From: Patescibacteria group bacterium
Lineage (GTDB): Bacteria > Patescibacteriota > Microgenomatia > UBA1400 > PJMF01
Length of the DNA: 64,000 nt
Assembly: GCA_045541795.1 (NCBI GenBank)
Contig: JAZQJV010000003.1
Span: 1,623-65,622, forward strand
Direction: 5' to 3'
How positions within the stretch are numbered: the first letter of the stretch is position 1; the number at the start of each line of letters is the position of its first letter. The notes under the pieces were generated by a model. The model did not search any database. It was not told the origin of the DNA and worked only from the letters and a program-made list of their open reading frames with translations. Both the position numbers and the translations under genes were made by a program. Of the stretch, positions 26,745 to 39,100 are shown in pieces.

Positions 26745-28889
26745 ATGTTTAAATTATTTAAGAAAAACGAAGAGAACAAGCAAGAAGCACCAAAACGGTT
26801 TTTTAGTGTCTTGATGGCGCCAAATCTAGTGCAAGCGGCAATGTGGGAAGCGGCAGACATCGTGAAAGTGCTGGCCAAGTCCCCTACTCGGCCGTATTTT
26901 AATGATAATGACCTACTCGTAAAACTTGACCAGTGTTTGCAGGATCTAGGGCCTGACGGCGAAAGCGTGCACCAGACACTTTTTCACTTAGATAGTTCGT
27001 TTTTGTTGGGCGACGACCTCACGCCAGACGCCAAAAACCTTTTCCAGCGGATCACGGAGCAGCTGCAGCTAGAGTCGCTCGGATTTGTGACCAATACCGA
27101 AAGTGTGGTCAATGCCAAACTAGAAATGACGCCAGAGCTGACCCGCCAGCTGGTGGTGGAATTCACGCCGTCCAAGACAAATTTTGCTCTTTTTGAAGGG
27201 AAAAGTCTGATCGAAACGGTGAGTATGCCGGCGGAGGGGAATTTCGCCGAGCAGACCAAGAGTGTTCTCGTGCAATTGGCCGGTAAAATTGGTGCTGATT
27301 ATACGGCATTTTTTGAGGTAAATGATCAAATTCCGTCTACTTCACCTGCTGAGCCTTTGGTAATGGATTTGGTCTCTGGACAGATCACGAGTGAAGAAAT
27401 CCAGACTAAATTAAACATGCTGCCGGCCAATCTGCCGCTCAAGGCAGAAGTGCTCGGGAGTGAGATTTTGCTGTCTTTTATATTGTTGCCCAGCGCCACA
27501 ATCATTGCTACTTCTTACGGCTGGATCAAGCCGCCGGCGAGCGAGCCTGAAACTCCTCCGGCGAGCACACCGCCGGCAGAAGCGGTGGCGGCCGAGCCGA
27601 TACCGGTACTCTCGCGCCAAAAGGGCGCAAGCAAGGCGATCGTGCCGCAAGTAGATGCGGGAGATTTTGCGATCGAGACGAAGTCCCCAAAACCAAAAAA
27701 ACCGATGTCTCACGGCGCCAAAATGGGACTTTTGGTGTTGATTTTGATCATCGTGATGATAGCGGCCACTGGTTTGATTTTTTGGTGGCTGGTACAGGCT
27801 GGCGAAGCCACCGTAAGCGTCAGTGCCAAACACGACTTCCTCACCAAGACGCTGGAAGTCAGCATCGATCCTGAGGCCAAGGAAGCCGACTATGAGAAGT
27901 CCATCTTGCCAGGCACGGTCAAAGTGGGTAACCTAGAGGTTAGCATCGAGTACCCCACCACGGGCACAAAAAACGTGGGCGAAAAGGCGCAGGGAAAGGT
28001 GAAAATCTATAATAGGACAGAAAAAGAGCAGAAAATTGCTGCAGGCACTGAATTAGAAAACGGCGTGGTAAGTTTTGTGACAAAGGATGAAATTACAGTG
28101 AAGGCTGCCGAAAAAGGTAAGGAAATAAATGGTCAAAAAGTGGATGTGTTAGGTGAAGCTGAGGTCGATGTAATTGCATCAACTGTGGGAACAGCCGGAA
28201 ACATTAAAAAAGAGACATCGTTGCGTGTAGGCTCTGCGAATAAAGAAGAATTATATGCCGAAGCTAAGGAAGACTTTACCGGCGGTACTGACAAGACAAT
28301 CAAGGTCTTTTCCAAAGAAGACAAAGAAGCCGCCCTCAAGCTCGCCGAGGAAGAACTGGCGGCATCGGCGGCCGAGCAGATAGACGAGAAAAAGGGTAAA
28401 GTTTACCAGGTACCGCAGCTGGATGAAATGGAAATTACCTCTAGCGAATTTGACAAGGACGTAGATGAGGAAACAGAAACAGTTCTTTTGACCATGAAAG
28501 GCACGGTGCCGGTGATCTCCTTCACTCAAGACGACTTCAAGCCGCTGGCGCAGGCCACGATCGAAAAACTGTTGCCTGAAGGTTATGAGCTAGAAGGCGA
28601 GCTAGAGTTGCTGTCAACTCTAGACGACAAAAAAACTGCCCGCGGCAACGGCCAAATTTACGTAAAACTAGACCTTACTCAAAAGACCGTCAGCAGCGTC
28701 AACGTGGACGAGATCAAAGCGGCGCTTTTGGGCCAGAACTTGGCTAAGGTGGCCAATATCTTAGACCGGTATGAGGGCATAGACAGCTATAAGGTGGACT
28801 GGAACAGTCAGCTGACCCCCACGATCACCCACTCCATGCCGAGCAAGGCCAGCAAGCTTAAGGTAAATCTGGTGGAAAGCATCGAATAA
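26745..28889 (+). CDS. hypothetical single-pass membrane protein (N-in, large C-terminal exo-domain), upstream of the sortase gene
   Basis: 714 aa. A TM helix MGLLVLILIIVMIAATGLIFWWLV occurs near residue 330. The A/P/E-rich linker lies upstream of that TM. Confidence 0.5.
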   Translation: MFKLFKKNEENKQEAPKRFFSVLMAPNLVQAAMWEAADIVKVLAKSPTRPYFNDNDLLVKLDQCLQDLGPDGESVHQTLFHLDSSFLLGDDLTPDAKNLFQRITEQLQLESLGFVTNTESVVNAKLEMTPELTRQLVVEFTPSKTNFALFEGKSLIETVSMPAEGNFAEQTKSVLVQLAGKIGADYTAFFEVNDQIPSTSPAEPLVMDLVSGQITSEEIQTKLNMLPANLPLKAEVLGSEILLSFILLPSATIIATSYGWIKPPASEPETPPASTPPAEAVAAEPIPVLSRQKGASKAIVPQVDAGDFAIETKSPKPKKPMSHGAKMGLLVLILIIVMIAATGLIFWWLVQAGEATVSVSAKHDFLTKTLEVSIDPEAKEADYEKSILPGTVKVGNLEVSIEYPTTGTKNVGEKAQGKVKIYNRTEKEQKIAAGTELENGVVSFVTKDEITVKAAEKGKEINGQKVDVLGEAEVDVIASTVGTAGNIKKETSLRVGSANKEELYAEAKEDFTGGTDKTIKVFSKEDKEAALKLAEEELAASAAEQIDEKKGKVYQVPQLDEMEITSSEFDKDVDEETETVLLTMKGTVPVISFTQDDFKPLAQATIEKLLPEGYELEGELELLSTLDDKKTARGNGQIYVKLDLTQKTVSSVNVDEIKAALLGQNLAKVANILDRYEGIDSYKVDWNSQLTPTITHSMPSKASKLKVNLVESIE

Positions 28890-28899
28890 GGAGGCGGGC

Positions 28900-29640
28900 G
28901 TGAGTGAGGTGGCAAAAAAACCCGGGGCAAACTGGCCGCTTTACTTACTCATGAGTGCAGGGCTGGGGTTGATATTGCTAGCCGGCGTACCTTTTGCCCG
29001 GGGATGGTGGCAACAAATACTGGATTCACAGGCGGAAAACATCGTCTACCCGCTAGAGATGAATGAGTTTTGGGCGCGAGTGGAAGCCAACCCCAAAATC
29101 ATCGCGGACATTGACGCCGTGACGGCGAAAGCGCCCACAATCGTGGACGAGATCGACTACGGCAACATCGAAAACTGGTTTAGTGACGGGAAATTCCACG
29201 CGCAAAAGCAGACGTCGCAAAGCTATACGCTTGACATAGAAAAGCTCGGTATAAAAAATGCCCTCGTAAAGGTGGGCGGTACAAATATTGATCACAATTT
29301 GGTACAATTTAATACCGACCGGACGATCGGCGATTATGGAGCGCCGGTGATTTTTGGTCACAGCATGCTGCGGCAGTTTTATAATCCCAAGGAAACCAAT
29401 AAAGAGCGATACAAAGGTATTTTCTCCACTATCATGACACTGGAGACGGGAGATGAGATCAAAATCACCATTGCTGGCGTGACGTACACTTTCTTGGTGA
29501 CGGAAAAAAAGGAAGTCAAGCCTGACGATGATTATATCATGAGTCAGGATGTAAGCAAAAAACAAATTAAATTGGTGACGTGCACGCCCGAAGGCACGAG
29601 GCTGCGGCGCGGAGTAATCACGGCAGAGCTAAAAAGTTGA
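28900..29640 (+). CDS. sortase-family transpeptidase
   Basis: His in APVIFGHSML, Cys in KLVTCTPEG (TLxTC-like), Arg in RLRRGV, and an N-terminal membrane anchor. Confidence 0.7.
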   Translation: MSEVAKKPGANWPLYLLMSAGLGLILLAGVPFARGWWQQILDSQAENIVYPLEMNEFWARVEANPKIIADIDAVTAKAPTIVDEIDYGNIENWFSDGKFHAQKQTSQSYTLDIEKLGIKNALVKVGGTNIDHNLVQFNTDRTIGDYGAPVIFGHSMLRQFYNPKETNKERYKGIFSTIMTLETGDEIKITIAGVTYTFLVTEKKEVKPDDDYIMSQDVSKKQIKLVTCTPEGTRLRRGVITAELKS

Positions 29641-29641
29641 G

Positions 29642-30013
29642 ATGAAAATACTAGGCATTGATTACGGGACAAAGAGAGTGGGTGTGGCGGTGAGTTATGC
29701 CAGTTTGGCCCAGCCGCTAGAGGTGCTAGAAAATGACGAACACTTAATTGGGCGGCTGGGCCAACTGATGGCCGAACACCGCGTGCAAGAAATTGTAGTG
29801 GGGATCAGTGAAAATGAAATGGCAGCCAAAACGCAGGAATTTGTGCGCCGCTTGCGCGCGGTCACTCCCCTACCCATCACTTTTATCGACGAGACGCTTA
29901 CCAGCCACCAGGTACACGAATGGCTGCGGGATGCGCCCGCGCGCAAGCGGCGCGGGCCGATCGATCATTTTGCGGCAGCGTTGATTTTGGAAAATTATCT
30001 GCAGGATAAATGA
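29642..30013 (+). CDS. ruvX: Holliday junction resolvase-like YqgF/RuvX
   Basis: MKILGIDYGTKRVGVAVS and overall 123-aa YqgF architecture. Confidence 0.85.
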   Translation: MKILGIDYGTKRVGVAVSYASLAQPLEVLENDEHLIGRLGQLMAEHRVQEIVVGISENEMAAKTQEFVRRLRAVTPLPITFIDETLTSHQVHEWLRDAPARKRRGPIDHFAAALILENYLQDK

Positions 30014-30078
30014 GGGGCAATACCGTAGCACATCCACAGCATACACATAAAGTTGCCGCCAAAGGTAGGCGGAAAGCC

Positions 30079-30112
30079 AAAAAAACCGGGCGATAAACCC
30101 GGTTTCTGTTTC
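30079..30112. terminator. bidirectional intrinsic terminator (A-tract, CCGGG-cgataaa-CCCGG, T-tract)
   Basis: aaaaaaaCCGGGcgataaaCCCGGtttctgttt lies between the convergent ruvX and giant gene. Confidence 0.5.
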
Positions 30113-30131
30113 ATCTTCACTCTCCCCTCCC

Positions 30132-33100
30132 CTATGGATTGAGGTCAGGATTGTCGGCGTACATGTAGGCAGAGCTATTGGCGCGGTGGAGCGTGTTGTA
30201 GATCGGGAAGTAGAAGCTGATATTGTAATTCTTGGTGACGCTCATACCGGAGTCATTATCGCGGATAGTAACCGTGTGCGGACCAGGGAAGGTGTAATTG
30301 GTCAGCGTGAGACCAAATTCTTCCACCGGGATGGCAAAGGTAAAGCCAGTCTGCTCGCCAGCAATGGTGCTCACATCGATCGTCTTGACGATGGAGGTGC
30401 CGTTGATCGCCAAGGTAATGGTGAAGTTCTTGGGCACGCTCATGGCGGGAATATAGCCTTCGATGAGAATGTCATCATTGGTGGGCACCAGGCGCACATT
30501 CCAGGTGAGCTCACCGTCGGCCACATTGTCGATCAGATCAATGTAGCTCGGCATACTGGCGTAGTAGTAAGTATCAGTGAAGGTACTCACGTGACCCACA
30601 TTATCCACCGCACAGACATAGAGAGTATGCTGTCCCTCGTCGATGGTGATACCGATATTGGAACCACTGGCGATGGTGGTGCCGCCGGTGCAACTGTCAC
30701 CCAGGCTGTTTTCATTCCAGGCGTAAGCAATGCGAGCGAGACCCGAGAGAGTATCCACCGCCGTGACATCAATATTTTGACGGGTGGAAGTCCAGCCGGG
30801 GACTGCCGGGGTGACTTCGAGCGTGGGCGCGGCGAGGTCAATGCGATTGGCCGGTGAGGTACAAGTGGTAGACACGCCCACATTATTGGTGATGGTCACC
30901 TGGCAGGTGGCGCCGTGGACAGCCACAGCGGTACAAGAGTAGCTATCCTGAGCCATGCCAGACACACCACCGTCAGAATCCGTGAGGACGAAAAGCTGTT
31001 GGTTGGAGACACTCTTCCAGTCTACCGGATCGGCCGGAGTCCAAGTGCCGCAGACAGGAGCCTCAAAGTTGGCGTAAACCGTCTGAGTACTGGTGACCGT
31101 AGTGATGTTGGCGACATTATCTGCCACGGAGACACGGTAACGGTAGCAGTGACCATTGGTCATATTGGCCGTGGCGGTGAGCGTACCGGCTGAGTACGTG
31201 AAGGCAGTATCCTCGTAGGCTGCTCCGGTGAGATCACAGCTAGAAGTGTTACCCGTGGTGACGGTAGTACCCATGATCCGCTCTACTCTCCAGGTGGAGT
31301 CATTGATGCCAGACTGCGTATCGCTGACACCTGTAAGCTGGAGGTTGATAGCACCGTTATTGGTGACGTACTGATCCGTGTAGCCGAGTGAGAAACTGGG
31401 CGCCGTCTGATCGTTGATCACATTGATCCGGCAGCTGGCGGTAGTACCGTTACCATAAGTGTAGACGATGGTGCCAGAGCCAGTGGATTCGGCTGCTTCC
31501 GCCCAGGCGTAGGTCTTGGTGTAAGTACCGGCGCCGCCTTCATGAGTGCCAGTGCCGGCTGGAGTAAGGCTCCAGTTGGCGTTAAATGGCGGATAGTAGA
31601 CACTAGTGATGCCGGAGTCTGGCTCAGCAAGCTGAGTGGTCAATTGGAAGGAACCAGTGCGACCCGTGCTAGCAGCGTAATCATAGCTGGAGTAATAGAG
31701 CGTATCGCTGCCCGCTTGATGCTGATAGTCAGTATTGGTCACTGGCGTGAGGGTACAAGTCAGCGCAGGTGTGGCCGGATCCACCTTATTTTCTGGTGAC
31801 TGACAGACCTTGGTATTGCCAGCGCGATCAGTCAGGGTGACGGAGCAAGTGCTGCCGGTGGTAGCCGCCGTAGTACAAGTGGTCACCAGTCCAGAGCTTA
31901 AGCCCGAGCCAGCATCGCTGGAACCCACGAGGGTGAAAGGCTGACCGCCGCTCGTGCGCCACGGATTCACCTCGGCCGGATCCCAGCTACCGCAGGTGGG
32001 CGCTTCGAGGTCAATGGCGATCTGGCAAGTATCGCCGCTGGCCGTAGACGTGGTAGTAGCTTGATTGCCGACCTTATCCGTGCTGACCAGCAGATAACGA
32101 TAACAGGTATTGGTAGCCGCGCCAGATACAGCGTGATTGGTGACGCCACCCGTAGCGACAATGCTACAGCTATCACTAGTGTCTGCGCAGTCCGCAGTGA
32201 GGTCTGCCGGGTAAGAGCAAGCGCCGCCAGCGAGAGTGCCGATTTGCTGGACGAGATAGCTGGAGGCAGTATCCAGGCCAGAGCCAGAGTACGTGATGCC
32301 GCTGACAGTAGACTCCGGATCGGCGCCATAATCCACCTTGATGGAGAAGGACGAGGAGTTTTGGGCGCCGGCCGGGCAAGTGGTGATGCGGCCAGCTGGA
32401 GCCTGATCGTCATAGACGAGGGTGAAGTCAGTGCTCGCCGCGCGCAGACCATTATTGGCTAGGGCAAGACGATCGGCATAGACAGTCTTATTGGAATCGT
32501 TGAGGTAGTAGACGCGGTAGTAGGTATTGATGTCTGCTCCCGGGATACCGGCCACAGTGGTGGCATCATTGAGGTTTTGGAAGGCAGTGGACGAGATAGT
32601 GCCGCTGGAGCCGCCAGTAGCCGTGGCCAGCACGGTGACATTACTACCACTGGTGGGTGCGTAGTAAGCCGTGGTGGCACCATCATAGTAGAAGTTTTCA
32701 CTGGTGGAGGTGATGGAGTCGATGCTGATTTCAGGCACGTTGGTATCCACGATGAAGGAATTGGTGGACGTGATGACGGCCGTATTGGAGACATTATCTG
32801 TCACGAGCACGCGGTAACGATAGCACTTGCCGTCTACCAAGGTGTCATTGGCCACGATTGCATCCGCAGTGAGGTAGGCGTCATCATAGGTATTGATGGT
32901 GGCATAGTCAGAGCAACCTTCAGCTTCGCTGCACTCGTAATTGCAGGTGTAGTCAGCGACACTGACATCTCCCGTGCCGTCACCAGTGTAAGTAGCCACG
33001 CCGGTAGCACGTTGGATGGTCCAACTCTTGATGCCGGAACCAGAATCCGTGACGCTAGACTTACCCAGTCCCAGCGCGAGCTCACGAGAGCCGGCGCGAT

Positions 33101-36100
33101 TGGTCACTCCAGTGGCATAAGTGAGGCTAGCCGGGGCGATAGGATTGTCTGGATCAGCAATAGCGCTGACCTGACAAGAGCTGGTATTATTGTTACCAAA
33201 GGTCATAGTGACGCTGGAGTTGGAGTCATCACGGCGGGTAGTGGTATCCCAAGTATAGTTGCGCTCATACACGCGGGGATTACCAGTGGCCGAGCGGCTA
33301 GACTCAGCGGCAGTATTGGCAGCCAAAGCCGGGAAGTTTACCTTGGCGATGCCAGAGGAAGGTACGCTGGCGGCCGTGGTACGGACGGTGAAATTACCAG
33401 CCGAGAGTGACGGATTGTAGTAAATAGTGCTGTCATCTGGCAGGTAGCTAGTACCGGAGACCGGAGACACTTGACAAGTGAGAGCGGCCACTTCGTCGTC
33501 GATATTATTGGTGGGCGAAGTACAGGTGGCAGTATTGCCGGCCTGATCATAGATCGTGACGTCGCAAGTCTCACCGTCGATAGCATTGACTGTGGAGCAA
33601 GTGAAGCTGCTCGCGCCGATGCCAGAACCAGTATCCGTAGAACCGTAAAGGGTGAAGGTCTGATTGGCAGCAGTATTCTTCCAAGGTACTTGAGCAGGAT
33701 CCCAAGTGGTACCGCAGACAGGAGCGGTGGTATCCACCTTGATCTCATTGGGGCTGGCGATCGTAGCGATGTTACCCACATTATCGCTCACACGTACCTG
33801 GAAGCGGTAACACTTACCACTCTCAAGGGTGTCAGTAGTGGCGATAGCGGTCACCTTACCGTCAGTAGTGGTAAGACCAGCGCTGACTTCGCTGTAAGCG
33901 CCGTAAGCAGAGCAAGTGCCGCCGCTCAAGGTCCCTTCGCTGCGCCAGACAGTCCAGGAGTCTTCATCAATACCAGAGCCGCTATCAGTGGGACGAGTGA
34001 GGCCGAGGTTGACGGTGTGAGTCGAGGCTTGGTTGATGTAGGCGGTAGCGTAGCCCAGAGAGCCGTCTACTGGAGCGGTGTGATCAGGAATGATAGCGAC
34101 GTTGCACTGACCGCTAGTGCCGTTGCCGTAGGCAAACTTCACGCTAGCACGCTCACTACCGGCAGCCCCTTGTACCCAGGAGTAAGCCTGAGTGTAGTGA
34201 CCGCTGGCTGAGGTCTGACTACCAGCCGTCCAGCCTTCTGCCAACACTGGGAACTGCTTGGAGGTAATGTGTGAGGACGGTTCATCAAGCTTGACACCCA
34301 GGAGGAAGGAACCATTGATGCTGGCACCAGAGCTGGCTTCGCCGTTATTGTAGTAGAGGGTGGGCAGCGTGCCGACAGTAGTCGCATACTGATACTGTGG
34401 CGCTGTGCCTTCAGTGATGGTACAGGTGAGTTCTGGCGTATCGCCGTCCACCTTATTGACAGGTGAGGTACACACGCTCATGCGGCCGGCATGGTCATAG
34501 ATGGAGACAGTACAGGTATCACCAGTCTTATCACCAGTGGCACACTCTCCCCCACTCACCTTGATGCCGGAGCCGGAATCTGAGGAACCCGCGAGGATGA
34601 AGGTCTGACCGCCAGAAGTATTCCAGGGGTTGACTTCGGCTGGAGTCCAGCTGCCGCAGGTAGGATTATTCAGGTCTACCTTTACCGTGCAGGTGGCGGA
34701 AGTTTCATTGCGGACGTGATCGCGAGCGACGAGACGGTAAATGTAGCAAGCTTCGCTGGCGTCAGTTTCTTGGTAAGTGGTATCACCCACGCTACCCACA
34801 GGAGCAAAGACGGCGCTTGCGGTATCGCAGGTACCATTGGCCAGGAGTGGCACGACCGCACGCTCGATATGTGAGCCGTTTTCGCTGGTATTATCATTAC
34901 CAGAGAGACGATCAGTACCATAGCTACCAGCGATGGTGAAGTTATCCGTGGCTTGCCAGCCAGAAGGACAGGCGGTGAAGGCAACGTCTTGCGGTCCTTC
35001 GCTGTCATAGATCACGTCAAAGTACGCTTCATTGGTATCGTCAGTGGTATTGACCGCTTGTAGGATCATATCAGTCATGGTACTGGTAAGACCCGTGAAC
35101 TCATAGAAGTGATCCTGGTAAGTGGGGGTGGTGGGGGTGGGATAGGTGTAACGGGTGGAGGAAGTGCGGTCAAAGTTTTCATAAAGCACCTGAGTGATGC
35201 CAGCACCGACCGCCGTGGAATTGGTGCGAGCGGTGGTGGTTACCTGAGCGCCGCGAGCGTTACTATTGGGACCGTAGTAGATGGTAGACGCCTCATCAAA
35301 GTAGTAGATGTCGTCTGCAGTCGGCGTCACACTGGTGATGTAGATTTCTGGTAGATTGGAGTTGACCATGATCACGTTTTCCGCCGTGAAGATGGAGACA
35401 TTATCCACGCGGTCAGTCGCGACGACGCGGTAGCGGTAGCAGCTCATATCTTGCAGGTCATCATTGACACTCATGATACCAGAGCCATAGGAGGTGTAGT
35501 CGTTGGCGCCAAAGGAGACCATATCGCTGCTGCCCCAATCTTGCCAGTCAGTACAGACATTATCCGTGCCGAGTGTACCCTTGATCCGTTGGATTTCGAG
35601 TGTGGCGAGGCCAGCACCGTCATCAGCAAAGTCAGCGGCCGTGATACCAAGCTTGACGTCGCGCGCACCCGGGATACCGTACTTGATGTTCTTGTACTTG
35701 GGAGCGCTACCGGCCGGAGCAGTACTATCGGCGATCACCGAGACAGAGCAGGTATTAGAGTTGTAGTTGCCATAAGTAACCCAGACGAGTTCGTTTTCGC
35801 TGGAGCGAGTACTAGTGGATGACCAGGCATAGTCACGAGTGAAGACGGTAGGCGTGGTGACACTGGCGGACTGGGTAGCGTAGTGCTCATTGCTGCCGGC
35901 CAGAGCTGGGAAGTAAGCGTAAGCGATGCCAGAGCGAGGTTGCTCGTCTGCGGTGGCGACGACGCGGAAAGTACCGCTACCCTTAGCCGGATTGTAATAG
36001 AGCAAGTTCTTATCGCTGATCAGATACTGAGTACCGGTACCAGAGACCAGACCGCAGGTGACGTCGGGATTGGCGAGGTCGATGCGATTGGCAGGAGACT

Positions 36101-39100
36101 GACAGCGGGCAGTGTTGCCAGCAACGTCAGCGATGTCTACCCAGCAGGTGGCCGAGGATGAAGCCTCAGTGGTACAGCTATAATAGCTGGCAGACATGGT
36201 AGTGAGGGCGTCGATGGAGTCAAGCAGCTCAAAGGTCTGGCCGACGGCGGTATTCTTCCAGGGAGAAGGATCCGGTTGCCAGGTGGCGCCGCAATTGGGA
36301 GCAGTCAAGTCGATCTTGACTTCACCACTACTGGTGACGCTGGCGGTATTGCCTACCATATCTGAGACGCGTAGTTGGAACTTGTAGCAGCGGCCAGAGG
36401 CGTAATCCGCATCTTGATCAATAGCGATGCTAATGCCGGTCACCTGATCATTGACAGTGGTATATTGTAGCTCGCTGGCGGGCACAGCCGTAAAGCTGGA
36501 ATAATCAGAGCAGGTATCGCCAGCGAGGGTGCCGACACTCTTGTAGACAGACCATGAGGTCTCATCAATGCCGGAAGCGAGGTCGCGACCGCGAGTGAGC
36601 TTCAAGTCAATCGTCTTGGCGGTATCTTGGCCGACGTAGACAGTGCCGTAATCCAGGGATGAGCCTACAGGGCTGGCGGAGTCGGCCAGCACAGCAACTG
36701 TACACTGAGCCGCTTGACCGTTGCCATAGGTAATGTCTACGGTGGTGTTGGCATTGCCAGTGGCACCGGCGGTCGTCCAGGTGTAGTCTTGGTAAATATC
36801 CAGACCTGACTCGGTATAATTGCTGCTCGTCCAGCCACCGGCGATAGCCGAGAAGGTGAGCGGAGTGCGATAGCCAGAGGACGGAGACTGAGACATGCTT
36901 GCCGTCAAGCGCCAGGTGCCCGAGGCAGCGGAGCTAGGATTGAAGTATAAGGTAGGCTTGCTGGCGCGCATGGTGGGATACCAGTAGTCACCAGCGATGT
37001 CTGCAGGCAAGGAACAAGTGAGGTCGTAGATATTGGTGTCCACCTTATTGATCGGTGAGCGGCAGACGCTAGTGCGGCCGGCGTTATCAGAAATAGTGAT
37101 AGTACAGGTATCACCGTTGGCCACACCCGTGGTACACTCGCCACCAGCTACATTGATACCGGAGGTGGTGTCAGTGGAGTCAGAAAGGACAAACCGTTGA
37201 CCAACGTTGGCTCTGTTCCAGACAGTCACTTCTTCTGGTTCCCAAGTGCCGCAGACAGGATCAGTGAGATCTACCTTCACTTCGCACACAGCTGAGCGGG
37301 TGAGATTACCCACGTTATCCGCAGCCACAAGCCGGTAACGATAGCAGCCGTCTGTAGCACCAGCAACTGAGTAGTCAGTGGCTGCGTAGTCACTTACCCG
37401 GGTGTAATCACCAGAGTAGGAGCAGGCACCATTGGTGAAAGTACCAGATTGGCCTTCAATGAAGCTGGAAGTAAGATCAAGACCAGAGAGAGCGTCACTA
37501 CCATAGCTGCCCTTGATGGCGAAGGAATTGGCCGTGAGGTATTCACTCGTAGTGGAAGGACAAGTGGTAAAGGCGACATCACTCGGGCCGGCACCGTCAT
37601 AGGTGACGTTGAAATGAGTGTTGGCAGAGCTAACCGGCTCAGAATTGGTGTACGCAGTGATAGCCCGATCCGCATAGGAAGTGGTACTGCCCACTGGGAG
37701 CGTATAGGTGCGCATATAAGGACTGTCTGTATCAGAACTGGTACCTTCGCCCGTAAGATCCTGGAAGGCGACATTGGAGATGGCGTAACCTTCACCAGCG
37801 CTGGCGTCGGCCGTAAGGATCAAGGCCGTGGACACAGTGGGCTTGGCATAGTAGATCGTATCGACGTTGTCAAAGTAGACACCGCTCGGCTGTGAGACAT
37901 TGGAGATGGCGATACTGGGTCGGCCAGAGTCCACGATGTAGTAGTTGGCGGTGGAAATGACGCCCACATTACCGAGCTTATCGGTGACGAGCACGCGGTA
38001 ACGATAACAGCTGGAGTCAGTGATATTCATGTTTACCGTGAGCGTGCCGTCCGGCAGATCAGCGTCAGCGATCGCATCGGAGATATTGGTGAAGTGTGTA
38101 TCGGCCGCGTCAGTGTAGTCACCAGCAAACGGACAGGAGTCGTTTTCGCCGAGGGCGACGCGCTCATACTGGAAGATCCAGTTATTGATACCCACGCCAG
38201 CATCTGTGATTTGCGACTTGGCCGTACCGAGGCTGACCTCAATATTGCTGCCGGCCTTATTGGTGACTTGAGTGAGGTAGCCAAGATCTGGTCCGGTGGG
38301 AGCCTGACTATCAGCTACGGCCGAGACCTGACACGTGAGGACGACGTCATTGTTGAAGTTCATCGTGACCGGTTGGTTGTAGAGCTGAGTATTGTTGGTA
38401 GTCGTCCAGTTGTAGGTCTTGGTAAATGAGCTTTGGCCGGCAGTGGTAGGAGTGACGGTCTCGGCCGCAGTATCCGCCAGAGCTGGGAACTCGACACTAT
38501 CGACACCGGATTCGGAACTAGAGACGTTGGCCGCATTGAGGTAGAAGTTACCTACACCTCGGCTGGGATTGTAGTAGACGGTGGAGTTACCCACGAGCAA
38601 GGCATTGGCGCCGCTATCCAGGGTAATGGTACAAGCCAGGGTCGGTTCGCCGTTATCCACACGATTGATGGGTGAGGTACAAGTGGTGGTATTGCCGGCG
38701 CGATCAGAGATCGTGACGTCACAGGTGGCGCCGTAGACGGCCGCGGCGGTACAGACTTCATAGCCGGCGACTGATTCCACACCAGAGTAGGTATCATAGC
38801 TGCCAGCTGCGGCATGATCAGCACCGTCATTATAATAGAGCTTGAAGACTTCTGGAGCAACATCCCAAGAGTCAGTGCCGGCAGCCGGATCCCAGTCTGT
38901 ACCACAGACAGGAGCGGTGGTATCCACCTTGATTTCGGCCGCGTCAGCGATGTTGGCTGGGAAGACAGCTTGATTGCCTACGAGGTCACTCACGCGTAAC
39001 TCGTACTTGTAGCAGCGACCAGAAGCGAGGATGTCTGTAGCGGTGAGATTGGTGAGGACACCAGCAGTGAAGGTCTGAGTAGGAGTGATCTGAGTGGGAG